The notes beneath the pieces were generated by a model that was given only the letters and a program-made list of their open reading frames with translations, made no database searches and was not told the DNA's origin. The position numbers were made by a program, and so were the translations under genes. Below are positions 11,539 to 20,372 of a stretch of 64,000 nt of DNA, piece after piece. Position 1 is the stretch's first letter; every line of letters begins with the position of its first letter. This stretch comes from an uncultured bacterium (GTDB lineage Bacteria > Patescibacteriota > Patescibacteriia > Magasanikbacterales > GWA2-37-8). The DNA lies in contig CALCZC010000007.1 of assembly GCA_937903605.1 (NCBI GenBank), positions 124,459-188,458 of the forward strand, written 5' to 3'.

Positions 11539-12075
11539 CTAAAAGGTAAAATTTAAAATAAACAAAAAATAATACATAATCAAACTGGAAACCAAGGCGG
11601 TTAAAAATCCAGCTAGGGCGTCCAATGGATAATGTACTCCACAATAAACCCTTCCCCAAACTACCCATAAAGCCAGAACAAACAAGCCGCTGATATAAGG
11701 TAATCCAAAAATTATAGCTAGAAAAAAAATAAGAAAAGCGGTCATAGCATGATCTGAAGGAAATGATTTCCAAGCCATCACTGGAGTAAACAGTTGTTTT
11801 ATTTCCGGCATTTGCACCTGGGGACGATTTTCTTTTATCAAAAAAGCTATTGCTAAATCCAGCAACCAGGCAAAAATCCAAGCTATAGGTAATGCTAATA
11901 ATCTAGTATACAACTTTTCTAAAGTCGAAGAACTGACCATAACAGATACAAAATACCAGCCGGCCATGGCAATAATAACAAATTCCGCCCCAGCTTTACC
12001 AAAAGAGTCCAGCCATTTATTTTTACCTATTAATTTGTTTATTTTTAGAAAAATTTTAGTATTTAAATCCATCAT
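11539..12075 (-). CDS. PAP2-family membrane phosphatase (phosphatidic acid / undecaprenyl-diphosphate phosphatase type)
   Basis: Multi-TM protein with PAP2 motifs KENRP...SFPSDHA...YCGVHYPLD. It abuts the nucleotidyltransferase gene and is co-oriented with it. Confidence 0.75.
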   Translation of the reverse strand: MMDLNTKIFLKINKLIGKNKWLDSFGKAGAEFVIIAMAGWYFVSVMVSSSTLEKLYTRLLALPIAWIFAWLLDLAIAFLIKENRPQVQMPEIKQLFTPVMAWKSFPSDHAMTAFLIFFLAIIFGLPYISGLFVLALWVVWGRVYCGVHYPLDALAGFLTALVSSLIMYYFLFILNFTF

Positions 12076-12087
12076 ATATTTTTTGCT

Positions 12088-12116
12088 ATTTTACCAATAA
12101 ATAAATGTTTTGGCAA
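12088..12116 (-). promoter_or_regulatory. Sigma70-like promoter (TTGCCA-17-TAAAAT) for the PAP2-nucleotidyltransferase unit
   Basis: Minus strand reads tttgccaaaacatttatttattggtaaaat. Confidence 0.5.
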
Positions 12117-12172
12117 ACTTGAAGACTACTTGCCAAAAAATAAAAAATACGCTAATATTTATTCACATTTAC

Positions 12173-12229
12173 GCGCCCATAGCCTGCCTGCCGGCAGGCA
12201 GGCTCAGTGGTTAGAGCACTGCCCTTATA
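12173..12229 (+). pseudogene. Degenerate 5' half of the downstream tRNA (through the anticodon loop), with a 21-bp palindrome inserted in the D-arm
   Basis: gcgcccatagc[ctgcctgccggcaggcaggct]cagtggttagagcactgcccttata, then divergent sequence. Compare the intact tRNA at 12272. Confidence 0.65.
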
Positions 12230-12271
12230 TTCGCTAAATGAGTAGTAAAACACAAATTTGCCGTGCGCCAA

Positions 12272-12344
12272 GCGCCCATAGCTCAGTGGTTAGAGCACTG
12301 CCCTTATAAGGCAGGGGTCGATGGTTCAAGTCCATCTGGGCGCA
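12272..12344 (+). tRNA. tRNA with anticodon UAU (reads AUA, Ile). Cloverleaf is intact and CCA is not encoded.
   Basis: Acceptor gcgccca/tgggcgc, D-stem gctc/gagc, anticodon stem ctgcc/ggcag with loop cttataa, T-arm gatgg-ttcaagt-ccatc, discriminator a. Confidence 0.75.
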
Positions 12345-12437
12345 CGACAAATTTGTATTTTCTGCGAATGGCGCGAATATATCATCTACGCTCGAAGAAA
12401 ATAAAAATAAATTTTTGCTTTACTTCTCGCTTGATGA

Positions 12438-12480
12438 TATAAGGCAAGGGTCGATGGTTCAATTCCATCTGGGCGCACCA
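12438..12480 (+). pseudogene. Degenerate 3' half-copy of the same tRNA (anticodon loop to CCA)
   Basis: tataaggcaagggtcgatggttcaattccatctgggcgcacca, with 3-4 mismatches to the intact gene and an encoded CCA. Confidence 0.65.
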
Positions 12481-12499
12481 AATAGTGTATAGAAAAGAT

Positions 12500-13465
12500 A
12501 TGGAAAAAATAAAAAAATTGATTGTCAAAAATACCGACGCTTATCAGCGTCTGGATTTGTTTTTAACGGAAAAATTGAACATTAGTCGCTCGCAAGTACA
12601 AAAAATGATTGAGAACAATCAAATTTTTATCAACGATATAGCCCCTAAAAAAACCGGTGAAAAAATTTCCACCAATGATATTGTTACTGTTTCAACCTTT
12701 AAAATCAGTAAACAAGAAAAAAAAGAAAACTTAATAAAAAAAGAAAGCGATGTTTCTTTACGTCCGGAAATAATCGCTGAAGAAAAAGATTTTTTAATAG
12801 TTAACAAACCATCCGGATTACTTACACATAACACGGAAAAAGAAGATTATTCGATGGCCGAATTTTTGGTTAAAAAATATCCAGAAATAAAACATGTCGG
12901 TGAAGATAAAAGCAGACCTGGCATAGTTCATCGCCTAGATAAAGAGGCTTCCGGTTTATTGGTTGTCGCACGCACTCAAGAAATGTTTGATTTTTTAAAA
13001 AAACAATTTCAAGACAGAACTATTGAAAAGGAATATTTTGTTTTGGTTCATGGGCAAGTTTCTGCCGATACTGCAATAATTGATTTTCCGCTTGAAAGAG
13101 GAAAAAACAATGAACGCATGGCCGCTTTACCTAAAATTGTCAAAGGAATAGAGAACGAAAAAGGAAAGGACGCTATAACAGAATTTTGGGTAGAAAAAAG
13201 ATTTGTCAATTTTTCTTTTCTAACCGTTAAAATTCACACCGGCCGTATGCATCAAATCCGCGCCCACTTTTTGGCCTATGATCATCCGGTAGTCGGAGAT
13301 ACTCTTTACTTTCAAAAAAAACAAAAACGAAAATGGGATGACGAACTTGGGAGATTATTTTTACACAGTTATAAATTGGAGTTTACGGATCTACAAGGCG
13401 AGAGAAAACATTATGAAATAGAGTTACCGGACGAATTAAAAGATTTTTTAAAGAAATTAAAATGA
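12500..13465 (+). CDS. RluA/RluD-family 23S rRNA pseudouridine synthase (S4 domain plus catalytic domain)
   Basis: HRLDKEASGLLVVARTQEMFDFLKKQFQDRTIEKEYFVLVHG contains the catalytic Asp motif. The start is set at ATG 12500 rather than the GTG at 12485 used by the ORF track. Confidence 0.8.
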   Translation: MEKIKKLIVKNTDAYQRLDLFLTEKLNISRSQVQKMIENNQIFINDIAPKKTGEKISTNDIVTVSTFKISKQEKKENLIKKESDVSLRPEIIAEEKDFLIVNKPSGLLTHNTEKEDYSMAEFLVKKYPEIKHVGEDKSRPGIVHRLDKEASGLLVVARTQEMFDFLKKQFQDRTIEKEYFVLVHGQVSADTAIIDFPLERGKNNERMAALPKIVKGIENEKGKDAITEFWVEKRFVNFSFLTVKIHTGRMHQIRAHFLAYDHPVVGDTLYFQKKQKRKWDDELGRLFLHSYKLEFTDLQGERKHYEIELPDELKDFLKKLK

Positions 13466-13470
13466 TACAA

Positions 13471-13593
13471 AAATCCCAATTCCCAAATCCCAATGACCAA
13501 TCAAATCCTAAATCCCAAACCCTAAAAATATTTGGTCATTTGAACATTAGTCATTCATTGGGCATTGGACATTGGGGCTTAGTCATTAAAAAC
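13471..13593. repeat. Interspersed element built from cccaat/tcccaaatccc direct repeats and ttggtcattgg / ccaatgaccaa inverted repeats
   Basis: A related copy at 25433-25570 also contains the GC palindrome. Confidence 0.6.
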
Positions 13594-13633
13594 ATTCCAA
13601 TTTAAAAAAACCAAATTATAAATTGATATTATT

Positions 13634-14209
13634 ATGACAAAAAAAGGTTTACTTGTGATTATTTCCGCCCCATCCGGCAACGGCAAAGACACTGTTATTG
13701 AAGCTCTCTTAAAAATTATTCCGAATTCCACCAGATTTATTACCACCACTTCTCGCCCACCGCGTCCCGGCAACCAGGAAGGTGTAGATTATTATTTTAT
13801 TTCCAAGGAAGAATTTGAAAACAAAATAAAAAATAATGAATTTCTGGAATATAATTTTTACGCCGGAAATTATTATGGCACGGAAAAAAAACGTTTAGAA
13901 GAAATGCTCTCGAATCACTCTGTTGTATTCTCCGCTATTGAAGTCAACGGCAAACATAATTTGGATAAAGCCAAAGTTAAAAACCTTTCTATTTTCCTAT
14001 TACCGGACAGCCTGGAAATTCTCAAAAATCGCATTCGTCAAAGGGGTGGAGTAAGTGAGGAGATAATAGAAGAAAGGATGAAAACAGCTAAATATGAAAT
14101 AGAAAATTCTCTAGACTATGACTACAGGATAGTCAACGAAAATGGTAAATTAGACGAAACTATTGATAAATTAGCCAAAATTATCCTTTCTGAAATCGCC
14201 AAAAGCTGA
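13634..14209 (+). CDS. gmk: Guanylate kinase
   Basis: P-loop SAPSGNGKDT, then ...TTTSRPPRPGNQEGVDYYFISKEEFE... Confidence 0.85.
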   Translation: MTKKGLLVIISAPSGNGKDTVIEALLKIIPNSTRFITTTSRPPRPGNQEGVDYYFISKEEFENKIKNNEFLEYNFYAGNYYGTEKKRLEEMLSNHSVVFSAIEVNGKHNLDKAKVKNLSIFLLPDSLEILKNRIRQRGGVSEEIIEERMKTAKYEIENSLDYDYRIVNENGKLDETIDKLAKIILSEIAKS

Positions 14210-14213
14210 AATA

Positions 14214-14242
14214 TTGACAAAAAAACAAATTTAGGCTAAGAT
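14214..14242 (+). promoter_or_regulatory. Sigma70-like promoter for rplS (TTGACA-17-TAAGAT)
   Basis: attgacaaaaaaacaaatttaggctaagat. Confidence 0.5.
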
Positions 14243-14276
14243 AATAGCACTTTATTAATTTTCAAACAGTTTTAAT

Positions 14277-14618
14277 ATGACTGAAGAAACCAAAAATACA
14301 GCCGCACCGGTAGAATATAAACCGGGAATGGTGGTAAAAGTTCACCAAAAAATTAAAGAAATGAATACCAAAGGAGAAGAAAAAGAACGTATTCAGATTT
14401 TTGAAGGTATTATTATTGCTGCTAAACATGGCAATGAAGCCGGAGCAACTATTACCGTTCGTAAAATTTCCGAAGGTATCGGTGTAGAAAAAATATTTCC
14501 TCTTCGAGCACCGGTAGTTGCTAAAATAGAAATTGTGAAACAAATGATTGTCCGCCGAGCAAAATTACATCATCTACGTGATCCGAAATTTAAAAGAAAA
14601 ATGAAAGAAATAAAGTAA
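14277..14618 (+). CDS. rplS: 50S ribosomal protein L19
   Basis: ...VVKVHQKIKEMNTKGEEKERIQIFEGIIIAAKHGNEAGATITVRKISEGIGVEKIFPLRAPV... Confidence 0.85.
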   Translation: MTEETKNTAAPVEYKPGMVVKVHQKIKEMNTKGEEKERIQIFEGIIIAAKHGNEAGATITVRKISEGIGVEKIFPLRAPVVAKIEIVKQMIVRRAKLHHLRDPKFKRKMKEIK

Positions 14619-14671
14619 GTTGAAAGTATAAAGTTGAAAGTTAAAAGTTATAGGATTTTTAAAAATAAACT

Positions 14672-14706
14672 AAAAAAGTTTCCTTTTTCAAAGGAAACTT
14701 TTTTAA
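14672..14706. terminator. Bidirectional terminator between rplS (+) and uvrA (-), embedded in a larger inverted repeat of gttgaaagt units
   Basis: aaaaaagtttcctttttcaaaggaaacttttttaa. Confidence 0.75.
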
Positions 14707-14759
14707 TATATAAATCTAGAAAACATCTAACTTTCTACTTTCTACTTTTGACTTTACAC

Positions 14760-17579
14760 TTACTTCAAATACTTCCCTGTCCAGCTTCTTTTATTTTTTA
14801 TAACATCTTGCACAGTTCCCGCCACGACCAATTCACCGCCTTTTTTTCCACCCTCTGGACCAAGTTCGATAACCCAATCTGAATTTTTGATAACATCCAA
14901 GTTGTGTTCAATTATCAAAACAGAATTCCCCTTTTCAACCAATTGTTTTAAAACCAGGAGCAGACGTTTAACATCTTCAAAGTGTAACCCAGTAGTCGGT
15001 TCGTCTAAAATATACAGGGTTTTTCCGGTAGAGGCCCGGGATAACTCTGTGGCTAATTTTATTCTTTGAGCCTCACCGCCAGAAAGTGTGGTGGCCGGTT
15101 GACCGAGTTCCAAATAACCCAACCCTACCTGACGTAAAACATTCAATTTGTCGGCAATTTGTCTTTGATCCACAAAAAATTTATACGCTTCTTCTATAGT
15201 CATTTTCAGAACTTCGGCAATGTTTTTACCATGATAATGAATATCCAGAGCTTCTTGGTTGTAACGAGAACCGTTGCAGTCGTTACATACTACAAAAACA
15301 TCGGCTAAAAATTGCATCGGGATACGAATATAGCCTTCGCCAGCACAAGTTTCACAACGACCGCCACCTTTAACGTTAAAACTAAATTTTCCAGCATCAT
15401 AACGACGCATTCGGCTTTCCGGTAAAGAAGCATAAAGATCACGAATAAGTGTAAAGACTCCTGTATAAGTTGCCGGATTACTGCGTGGTGTGCGACCAAT
15501 CGGACTTTGATCAATAGCAATAACTTTATCAATATTATCAACACCTTTTATTTCTTTATGAATTCCGGGTTCGTCTTTGGCACGATAAAAATATTTGGAT
15601 AAATATTTTCCCAAAATATCCACTATCAAGGTTGATTTACCCGAACCTGAAACACCGGTGACGCAAACCAATTTGGAAAGAGGAATTTCAACATTGATAT
15701 TTTTCAAATTAAAACCTTGAGCGCCGATAATGCTGATATTTTTCTGTTTTTCTTTTTTATTTTCTTTTTTCTTGCGTAAATCATCTTCAAAGTCATCTGA
15801 AACATCGGCTTTACCAAAAAGATAATCGGCGGTCAGAGAGTTTTTTGCTTTTTTTATTTCCGCCAAAGTTCCGGCCGCAATTATTTGTCCACCGTAAATA
15901 CCCGCTCCCGGACCAACATCTATCAAATAGTCGGCTTCTTTCATAATAGCCGCATCGTGCTCAACCACAATCACAGTATTGCCTAAATCTCTCAAATATT
16001 TCAGAGTGTCTATCAATTTTTGATTATCCCGGGAATGTAAGCCGACAGACGGTTCATCCAAAACGTAAATCACTCCGGTTAAACCCGAAGAAAGCTGAGT
16101 GGCCAATCTGACACGGGTCGCTTCTCCACCGGAAACCGTATTCATCGAACGTGTCAAACTCAAATAATCCAACCCAACTCGAGATAAGTTTTCTAATCTA
16201 ACCAAAATTTCTTTTACTACCGGCTCTATAATGTATTTTTTGGTTAAACCGTTTTTCTTGATTAAATTTCTAAAAAATACAATGCTGTCTTCAATATTCA
16301 TCTCGGATAATTGAGCAATATTAAAACCTTCAAATTTGACGGCTAACGAATCTTTTTTTAGTTTTCTACCAAAACATAGAGAACAAATCTGTTCTCTCAT
16401 ATATTGTTCTATTTCTTTTCGAATATAATCGGAATCGGTTTGCAAATGACGTTGACGTAAATCTTCTAAAACACCTGGGAAATTAATTTTTTTACCTTCT
16501 ATTTCATAAATCTCTTTTCCGGTCCCTTTCAAAATAATATCCATTGTCTTGGAAGACAGAGAAGATACTGGAATTTCAACAGAAAAACCATGTTTGTCAG
16601 CTACAGCCTTAAGTATTTTTTGATAATAACTTTGATTACCGGTGATACGCGTCCAAGGCTGTATTGCTCCTTCCAAGAGCGAAAGTCGCGGATTTGGTAT
16701 GACCAAAGCCGGATCAACTTCCATGGTAATACCAAGGCCCGTACAACGCGGACAAGCACCAAACGGACTGTTAAAGCTAAAATTACGGATATCTAGATCG
16801 GGCATTATCCTACCGCATTTCAAACAAAGTCCAGAAGTAGAAAAAAATTTATCTTCTTTGTCCGTACCAACATAAAGTAATCCATTGCTCAAATCAAGGG
16901 CTGTCTCCACCCACTTGGTCGGGTCTTGTTTTTTGATGTCATTTATTTTTCCGATAAGTAATTCTACTTGGTATTTTTTTTTCGGATCAAAAGCCAAAGC
17001 GGCTAATTCGTTTATTTTAATTACTTTTCCATTTACCCGCACATGGTCATATCCTGATTGTTCCACTTTTTCCAACAAAACTCTTGATTGTTCAACCGCT
17101 TCATTGCGTACCAAAGGAGATAAAATCAAAATTTCTTTATTTTTTCTACCTAAATCGCGGACTTGTTCCACAATCTCACCGGTGGTATAAGAAACAACTT
17201 CTTCTTCACATTCAGAGCAATATTGTTTTCCGGCTCGAGCAAAAAGCAAACGCAAAAAATCATAAATCTCCGTCACCGTACCGACGGTAGAACGAGGATT
17301 TTGGGTATTGATGCGTTGATCAATAGCAATAGTTGGTGACAAACCTTCTATTCCATCAATGTCGGGTTTGTCGCGAACTTCCATAAACTGACGCGCATAA
17401 GCAGATAGACTTTCCGCATAACGACGTTGACCTTCGGCATAAATAGTATCAAAAGCCAAACTGGACTTTCCCGAACCGGACAGACCGGTGATAACTACCA
17501 ATTTATTTTTCGGGATATTTATTGAAATGTTTTTGAGATTATGTACTCGAGCTCCTTTGATTTTAAGCATTTCCGGCAT
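14760..17579 (-). CDS. uvrA: Excinuclease ABC subunit A
   Basis: 939 aa with two ABC ATPase modules ([24 protein letters not shown]) and zinc-finger Cys clusters. Confidence 0.95.
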   Translation of the reverse strand: MPEMLKIKGARVHNLKNISINIPKNKLVVITGLSGSGKSSLAFDTIYAEGQRRYAESLSAYARQFMEVRDKPDIDGIEGLSPTIAIDQRINTQNPRSTVGTVTEIYDFLRLLFARAGKQYCSECEEEVVSYTTGEIVEQVRDLGRKNKEILILSPLVRNEAVEQSRVLLEKVEQSGYDHVRVNGKVIKINELAALAFDPKKKYQVELLIGKINDIKKQDPTKWVETALDLSNGLLYVGTDKEDKFFSTSGLCLKCGRIMPDLDIRNFSFNSPFGACPRCTGLGITMEVDPALVIPNPRLSLLEGAIQPWTRITGNQSYYQKILKAVADKHGFSVEIPVSSLSSKTMDIILKGTGKEIYEIEGKKINFPGVLEDLRQRHLQTDSDYIRKEIEQYMREQICSLCFGRKLKKDSLAVKFEGFNIAQLSEMNIEDSIVFFRNLIKKNGLTKKYIIEPVVKEILVRLENLSRVGLDYLSLTRSMNTVSGGEATRVRLATQLSSGLTGVIYVLDEPSVGLHSRDNQKLIDTLKYLRDLGNTVIVVEHDAAIMKEADYLIDVGPGAGIYGGQIIAAGTLAEIKKAKNSLTADYLFGKADVSDDFEDDLRKKKENKKEKQKNISIIGAQGFNLKNINVEIPLSKLVCVTGVSGSGKSTLIVDILGKYLSKYFYRAKDEPGIHKEIKGVDNIDKVIAIDQSPIGRTPRSNPATYTGVFTLIRDLYASLPESRMRRYDAGKFSFNVKGGGRCETCAGEGYIRIPMQFLADVFVVCNDCNGSRYNQEALDIHYHGKNIAEVLKMTIEEAYKFFVDQRQIADKLNVLRQVGLGYLELGQPATTLSGGEAQRIKLATELSRASTGKTLYILDEPTTGLHFEDVKRLLLVLKQLVEKGNSVLIIEHNLDVIKNSDWVIELGPEGGKKGGELVVAGTVQDVIKNKRSWTGKYLK

Positions 17580-17596
17580 AAATATTTATTTTTATT

Positions 17597-19171
17597 TTAA
17601 TCACCTAAATGTTGGACATAAGTACCACCATCACAATAATAAACACCTGTTTCATTTGGCTGACGAAAACCAGTTTTAAAATTATTTTTAATAAATAAAC
17701 TCGTTAGGCTTTCATCTCCTTTGCAAACCCCTTGTTTTCCTTCAACAGGATAACTATTCTCGATACCTACACCCTGATAAAGACCAAGAAAACCATACAT
17801 AGCTTTCAGATCGGTTGTTTGATCAATCTTATATTCTAAACATGACCCATTGCTTCTTACAAAAGTATAACATCCTTTATAAAACCCTTGACTTTCGCAG
17901 TCTAAATTATTACTACAGGCGCCTCCACTCTGTGTTCCGCCTGTTCCACAAAAACCTATTGTAGAGGCCACTCTTACACATTTTAGAGGACTATTGCAGT
18001 TTGTATCTTCAACACAAGAAGATCCTGAGTTGCCATCGGTACATGCACTTAAATTACTAGCAACAGGGCGACACAAACAAGTGGCGCTAGTTTGTCTACA
18101 AGCAGCACAGTTACTATCGTCGTTACAAACCGCATTTAGCTTACCACTACTGCAAATACCTAAATCAGACCCTGTCCAACAACTTAAACCTGTAGTTGCA
18201 GGAACAACTAAACAAGCGAGTCCTTCAGCACATTTGGATTTTTTCCCGGTCGGATCGCAAAAAGAACCGGCAGACGCACTCTGATTCCCGATAACACAAA
18301 CACCCACTGGGGAAGTTTCAAGAAATTTATCTTGAGCATAAAGATAACCACCTATTTTTGCTACCGCGACTAATTTTCCACCAGACAATAATAAATTACC
18401 CACAACCGCTCCACCTGGAATAGGGGTTGCTAACACAGCTACATTGGCAGCAAGTTGTATAGAATTTCTAACTAATTTAGCACAAGGCCCCTCTAAACCG
18501 TCTGCTCCCAGTGCTTGGCAATAAGCATTTGGATTATTGTAATGAGCCTGACATTTACCATTTTCTTTTTCTCCTCCTTTTGGATCGCAACTAGCCAAAT
18601 TTTCCGAAGATACTGGTACTTCTCTTATCAGATATATTTGAGGTAAACGCAAATTTATTGTGTTTGGATTTATCATGTTTAAAATAGTATAGGACATGTA
18701 AGCCAAAGCTAGACCAATAATCGCTCCGGAAATTTTCTTTTTGGCACTACTTATCATTTCTTGACTACCAGCTGATCCTACATATTGTATGCCAGCTACA
18801 ATAATCATTATTGACGATAATATTGCCAAAATTACCAAAGCATAATTATAAATGGTTTTGATGTAATAACCAATATTGGAAAATTTAGCATTTCCACCAA
18901 AAGAAACTTGTGTTATTGTCGCTCCACCAGCCAAACATTTTCCCCATTTATAACTATCATTATTTTCTCTATCCTTTAAATAGCCGGGGCAAATTTCTGG
19001 ATCTAATACAAAAGCATCTTTATTGGCCCTATAATCTACACAATCTTTTTGAAGCCAACAAAGGGGATTTTTTTCCGGTGGTGTATCATCAGACCAAACA
19101 GTTTCTGAAAACAAAAAAACTCCCGACAAAAAAAGAGTTAGAAAAGAAACCAAAATTATTTTTTTATTCAT
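17597..19171 (-). CDS. Secreted/membrane Cys-rich protein: signal peptide, a small Cys-containing N-domain, two adjacent TM helices, then a ~350-aa extracytoplasmic domain of repeated C-x3-5-[DN]-C-x5-8-C modules
   Basis: 524 aa with at least 40 Cys. Repeated motifs include [59 protein letters not shown] and [18 protein letters not shown]. Confidence 0.7.
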   Translation of the reverse strand: MNKKIILVSFLTLFLSGVFLFSETVWSDDTPPEKNPLCWLQKDCVDYRANKDAFVLDPEICPGYLKDRENNDSYKWGKCLAGGATITQVSFGGNAKFSNIGYYIKTIYNYALVILAILSSIMIIVAGIQYVGSAGSQEMISSAKKKISGAIIGLALAYMSYTILNMINPNTINLRLPQIYLIREVPVSSENLASCDPKGGEKENGKCQAHYNNPNAYCQALGADGLEGPCAKLVRNSIQLAANVAVLATPIPGGAVVGNLLLSGGKLVAVAKIGGYLYAQDKFLETSPVGVCVIGNQSASAGSFCDPTGKKSKCAEGLACLVVPATTGLSCWTGSDLGICSSGKLNAVCNDDSNCAACRQTSATCLCRPVASNLSACTDGNSGSSCVEDTNCNSPLKCVRVASTIGFCGTGGTQSGGACSNNLDCESQGFYKGCYTFVRSNGSCLEYKIDQTTDLKAMYGFLGLYQGVGIENSYPVEGKQGVCKGDESLTSLFIKNNFKTGFRQPNETGVYYCDGGTYVQHLGD

Positions 19172-19183
19172 ATCCCTAAAAAA

Positions 19184-19927
19184 TTAAGGGTTTAAAATGG
19201 AAGAAATCATATCCTCCCAACTATTTAAAGGTATATCACCTTGTATTTTATAACCATTTATAAAAAAGGTTGGGGTACCCATTACGCCATATTTATAACC
19301 TGTGGCGTAATCAAGATTAATCTCAATTTTAGTTTTATCTGAAATCAAACAAGAATTAAATTGTATACTGTCAGCACCAATATAATTAATAAAACTATTA
19401 ATAGTTTCAGCGGTTAAATTTTGTGTCAATTCATCTTGATGGGAAAAAATATAGTCATGAGCCAGCCAATAAAGTCCCTGTTCATGGGCACAATGTGCCA
19501 TTTCCGAAATTTTTGAGGCTCCCGGGTGCAATGATTCTATTGGAAAATTTCTCACTATAAATTTAATTCTTTGACCGTATTTATCAATTATTTGACGAAT
19601 GACAGGATCTTGTTGTTTACAAACCGGACATTTAAAATCAATAAATTCTACAATTACTATTTCCGCCTCAGAATTTCCCAAAAAAGGCCTATCTTTTTTT
19701 TCCAATTCTTCTCTGGTAGCCATAATCTGTAAATCTGATTGTTGATTGCCAAAAATCATTTTGCGCAATTCATCTCCATAGCCTTGTTTGATCAAACTCT
19801 GATAACGCCAAGTCAAAAGACCGATAGCTATAGAAAGAGAAACCAAAAGACAAGCAACAACTATAATTGTGACCCCCCACCACTGTTTATACCAGCTTTT
19901 TTTAGCTAAAAATTGGAAATTTTCCAT
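19184..19927 (-). CDS. DsbA-family thiol:disulfide oxidoreductase (membrane-anchored thioredoxin fold)
   Basis: N-terminal TM, active site FKCPVCKQ (CPVC), and a thioredoxin-like C-terminal part ...GVMGTPTFFINGYKIQG. It lies 12 bp downstream of the Cys-rich protein gene on the same strand. Confidence 0.8.
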   Translation of the reverse strand: MENFQFLAKKSWYKQWWGVTIIVVACLLVSLSIAIGLLTWRYQSLIKQGYGDELRKMIFGNQQSDLQIMATREELEKKDRPFLGNSEAEIVIVEFIDFKCPVCKQQDPVIRQIIDKYGQRIKFIVRNFPIESLHPGASKISEMAHCAHEQGLYWLAHDYIFSHQDELTQNLTAETINSFINYIGADSIQFNSCLISDKTKIEINLDYATGYKYGVMGTPTFFINGYKIQGDIPLNSWEDMISSILNP

Positions 19928-20046
19928 AAAAAATACTATGGTTTTATCCTACCACGAAATTCCAAACTAATCAAGAGTGACAAAGCAATACATCAGATTT
20001 TTCATTTTAGCTTAAAAAAGCTTAAAATTAACGATCGTCTTGATTA

Positions 20047-20075
20047 TTGACATAACCATCCTTTTGTGTTATAAT
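20047..20075 (+). promoter_or_regulatory. Consensus sigma70 promoter (TTGACA-17-TATAAT) for secG
   Basis: ttgacataaccatccttttgtgttataat. Confidence 0.6.
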
Positions 20076-20104
20076 TTCCAAAGACATTAAACTTCTTAAT
20101 TTTT

Positions 20105-20323
20105 ATGAAATCTCTAATTTTAAACATAATTCAGCTTGTTTTAGCCATTGTTTTGATTATTATTATTCTTTTACAGCAAAAAGGAACCGGTTTATCCGGA
20201 GTTTTTGGCGGATCTTCCAATGTCTATAGCACAAAACGAGGTATTGATAAGATACTTTTTTACGCTACCATAGTAGTTTCCATACTCTTCTTCGGTATTT
20301 CTTTTATCAGATTATTCTGGTAA
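20105..20323 (+). CDS. secG: Preprotein translocase subunit SecG
   Basis: A 72-aa protein with two TMs and ...LLQQKGTGLSGVFGGSSNVYSTKRG..., typical of SecG. Confidence 0.7.
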   Translation: MKSLILNIIQLVLAIVLIIIILLQQKGTGLSGVFGGSSNVYSTKRGIDKILFYATIVVSILFFGISFIRLFW

Positions 20324-20372
20324 AATAAAAAGGCTTCTTAAAATAATTTATCTTCTTTAAGTAACACCGAAA

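Noticed and set aside
11534-11881. 115-aa minus-strand ORF
   Set aside because: It overlaps the PAP2 phosphatase gene in another frame. PAP2 motifs support the longer ORF.
12345-12437. The idea that the tRNA halves form one intron-containing or permuted tRNA
   Set aside because: The anticodon-stem pairing between the 5' and 3' fragments is imperfect and a complete tRNA lies between them. Integration scars or a decayed duplication explain the arrangement more simply.
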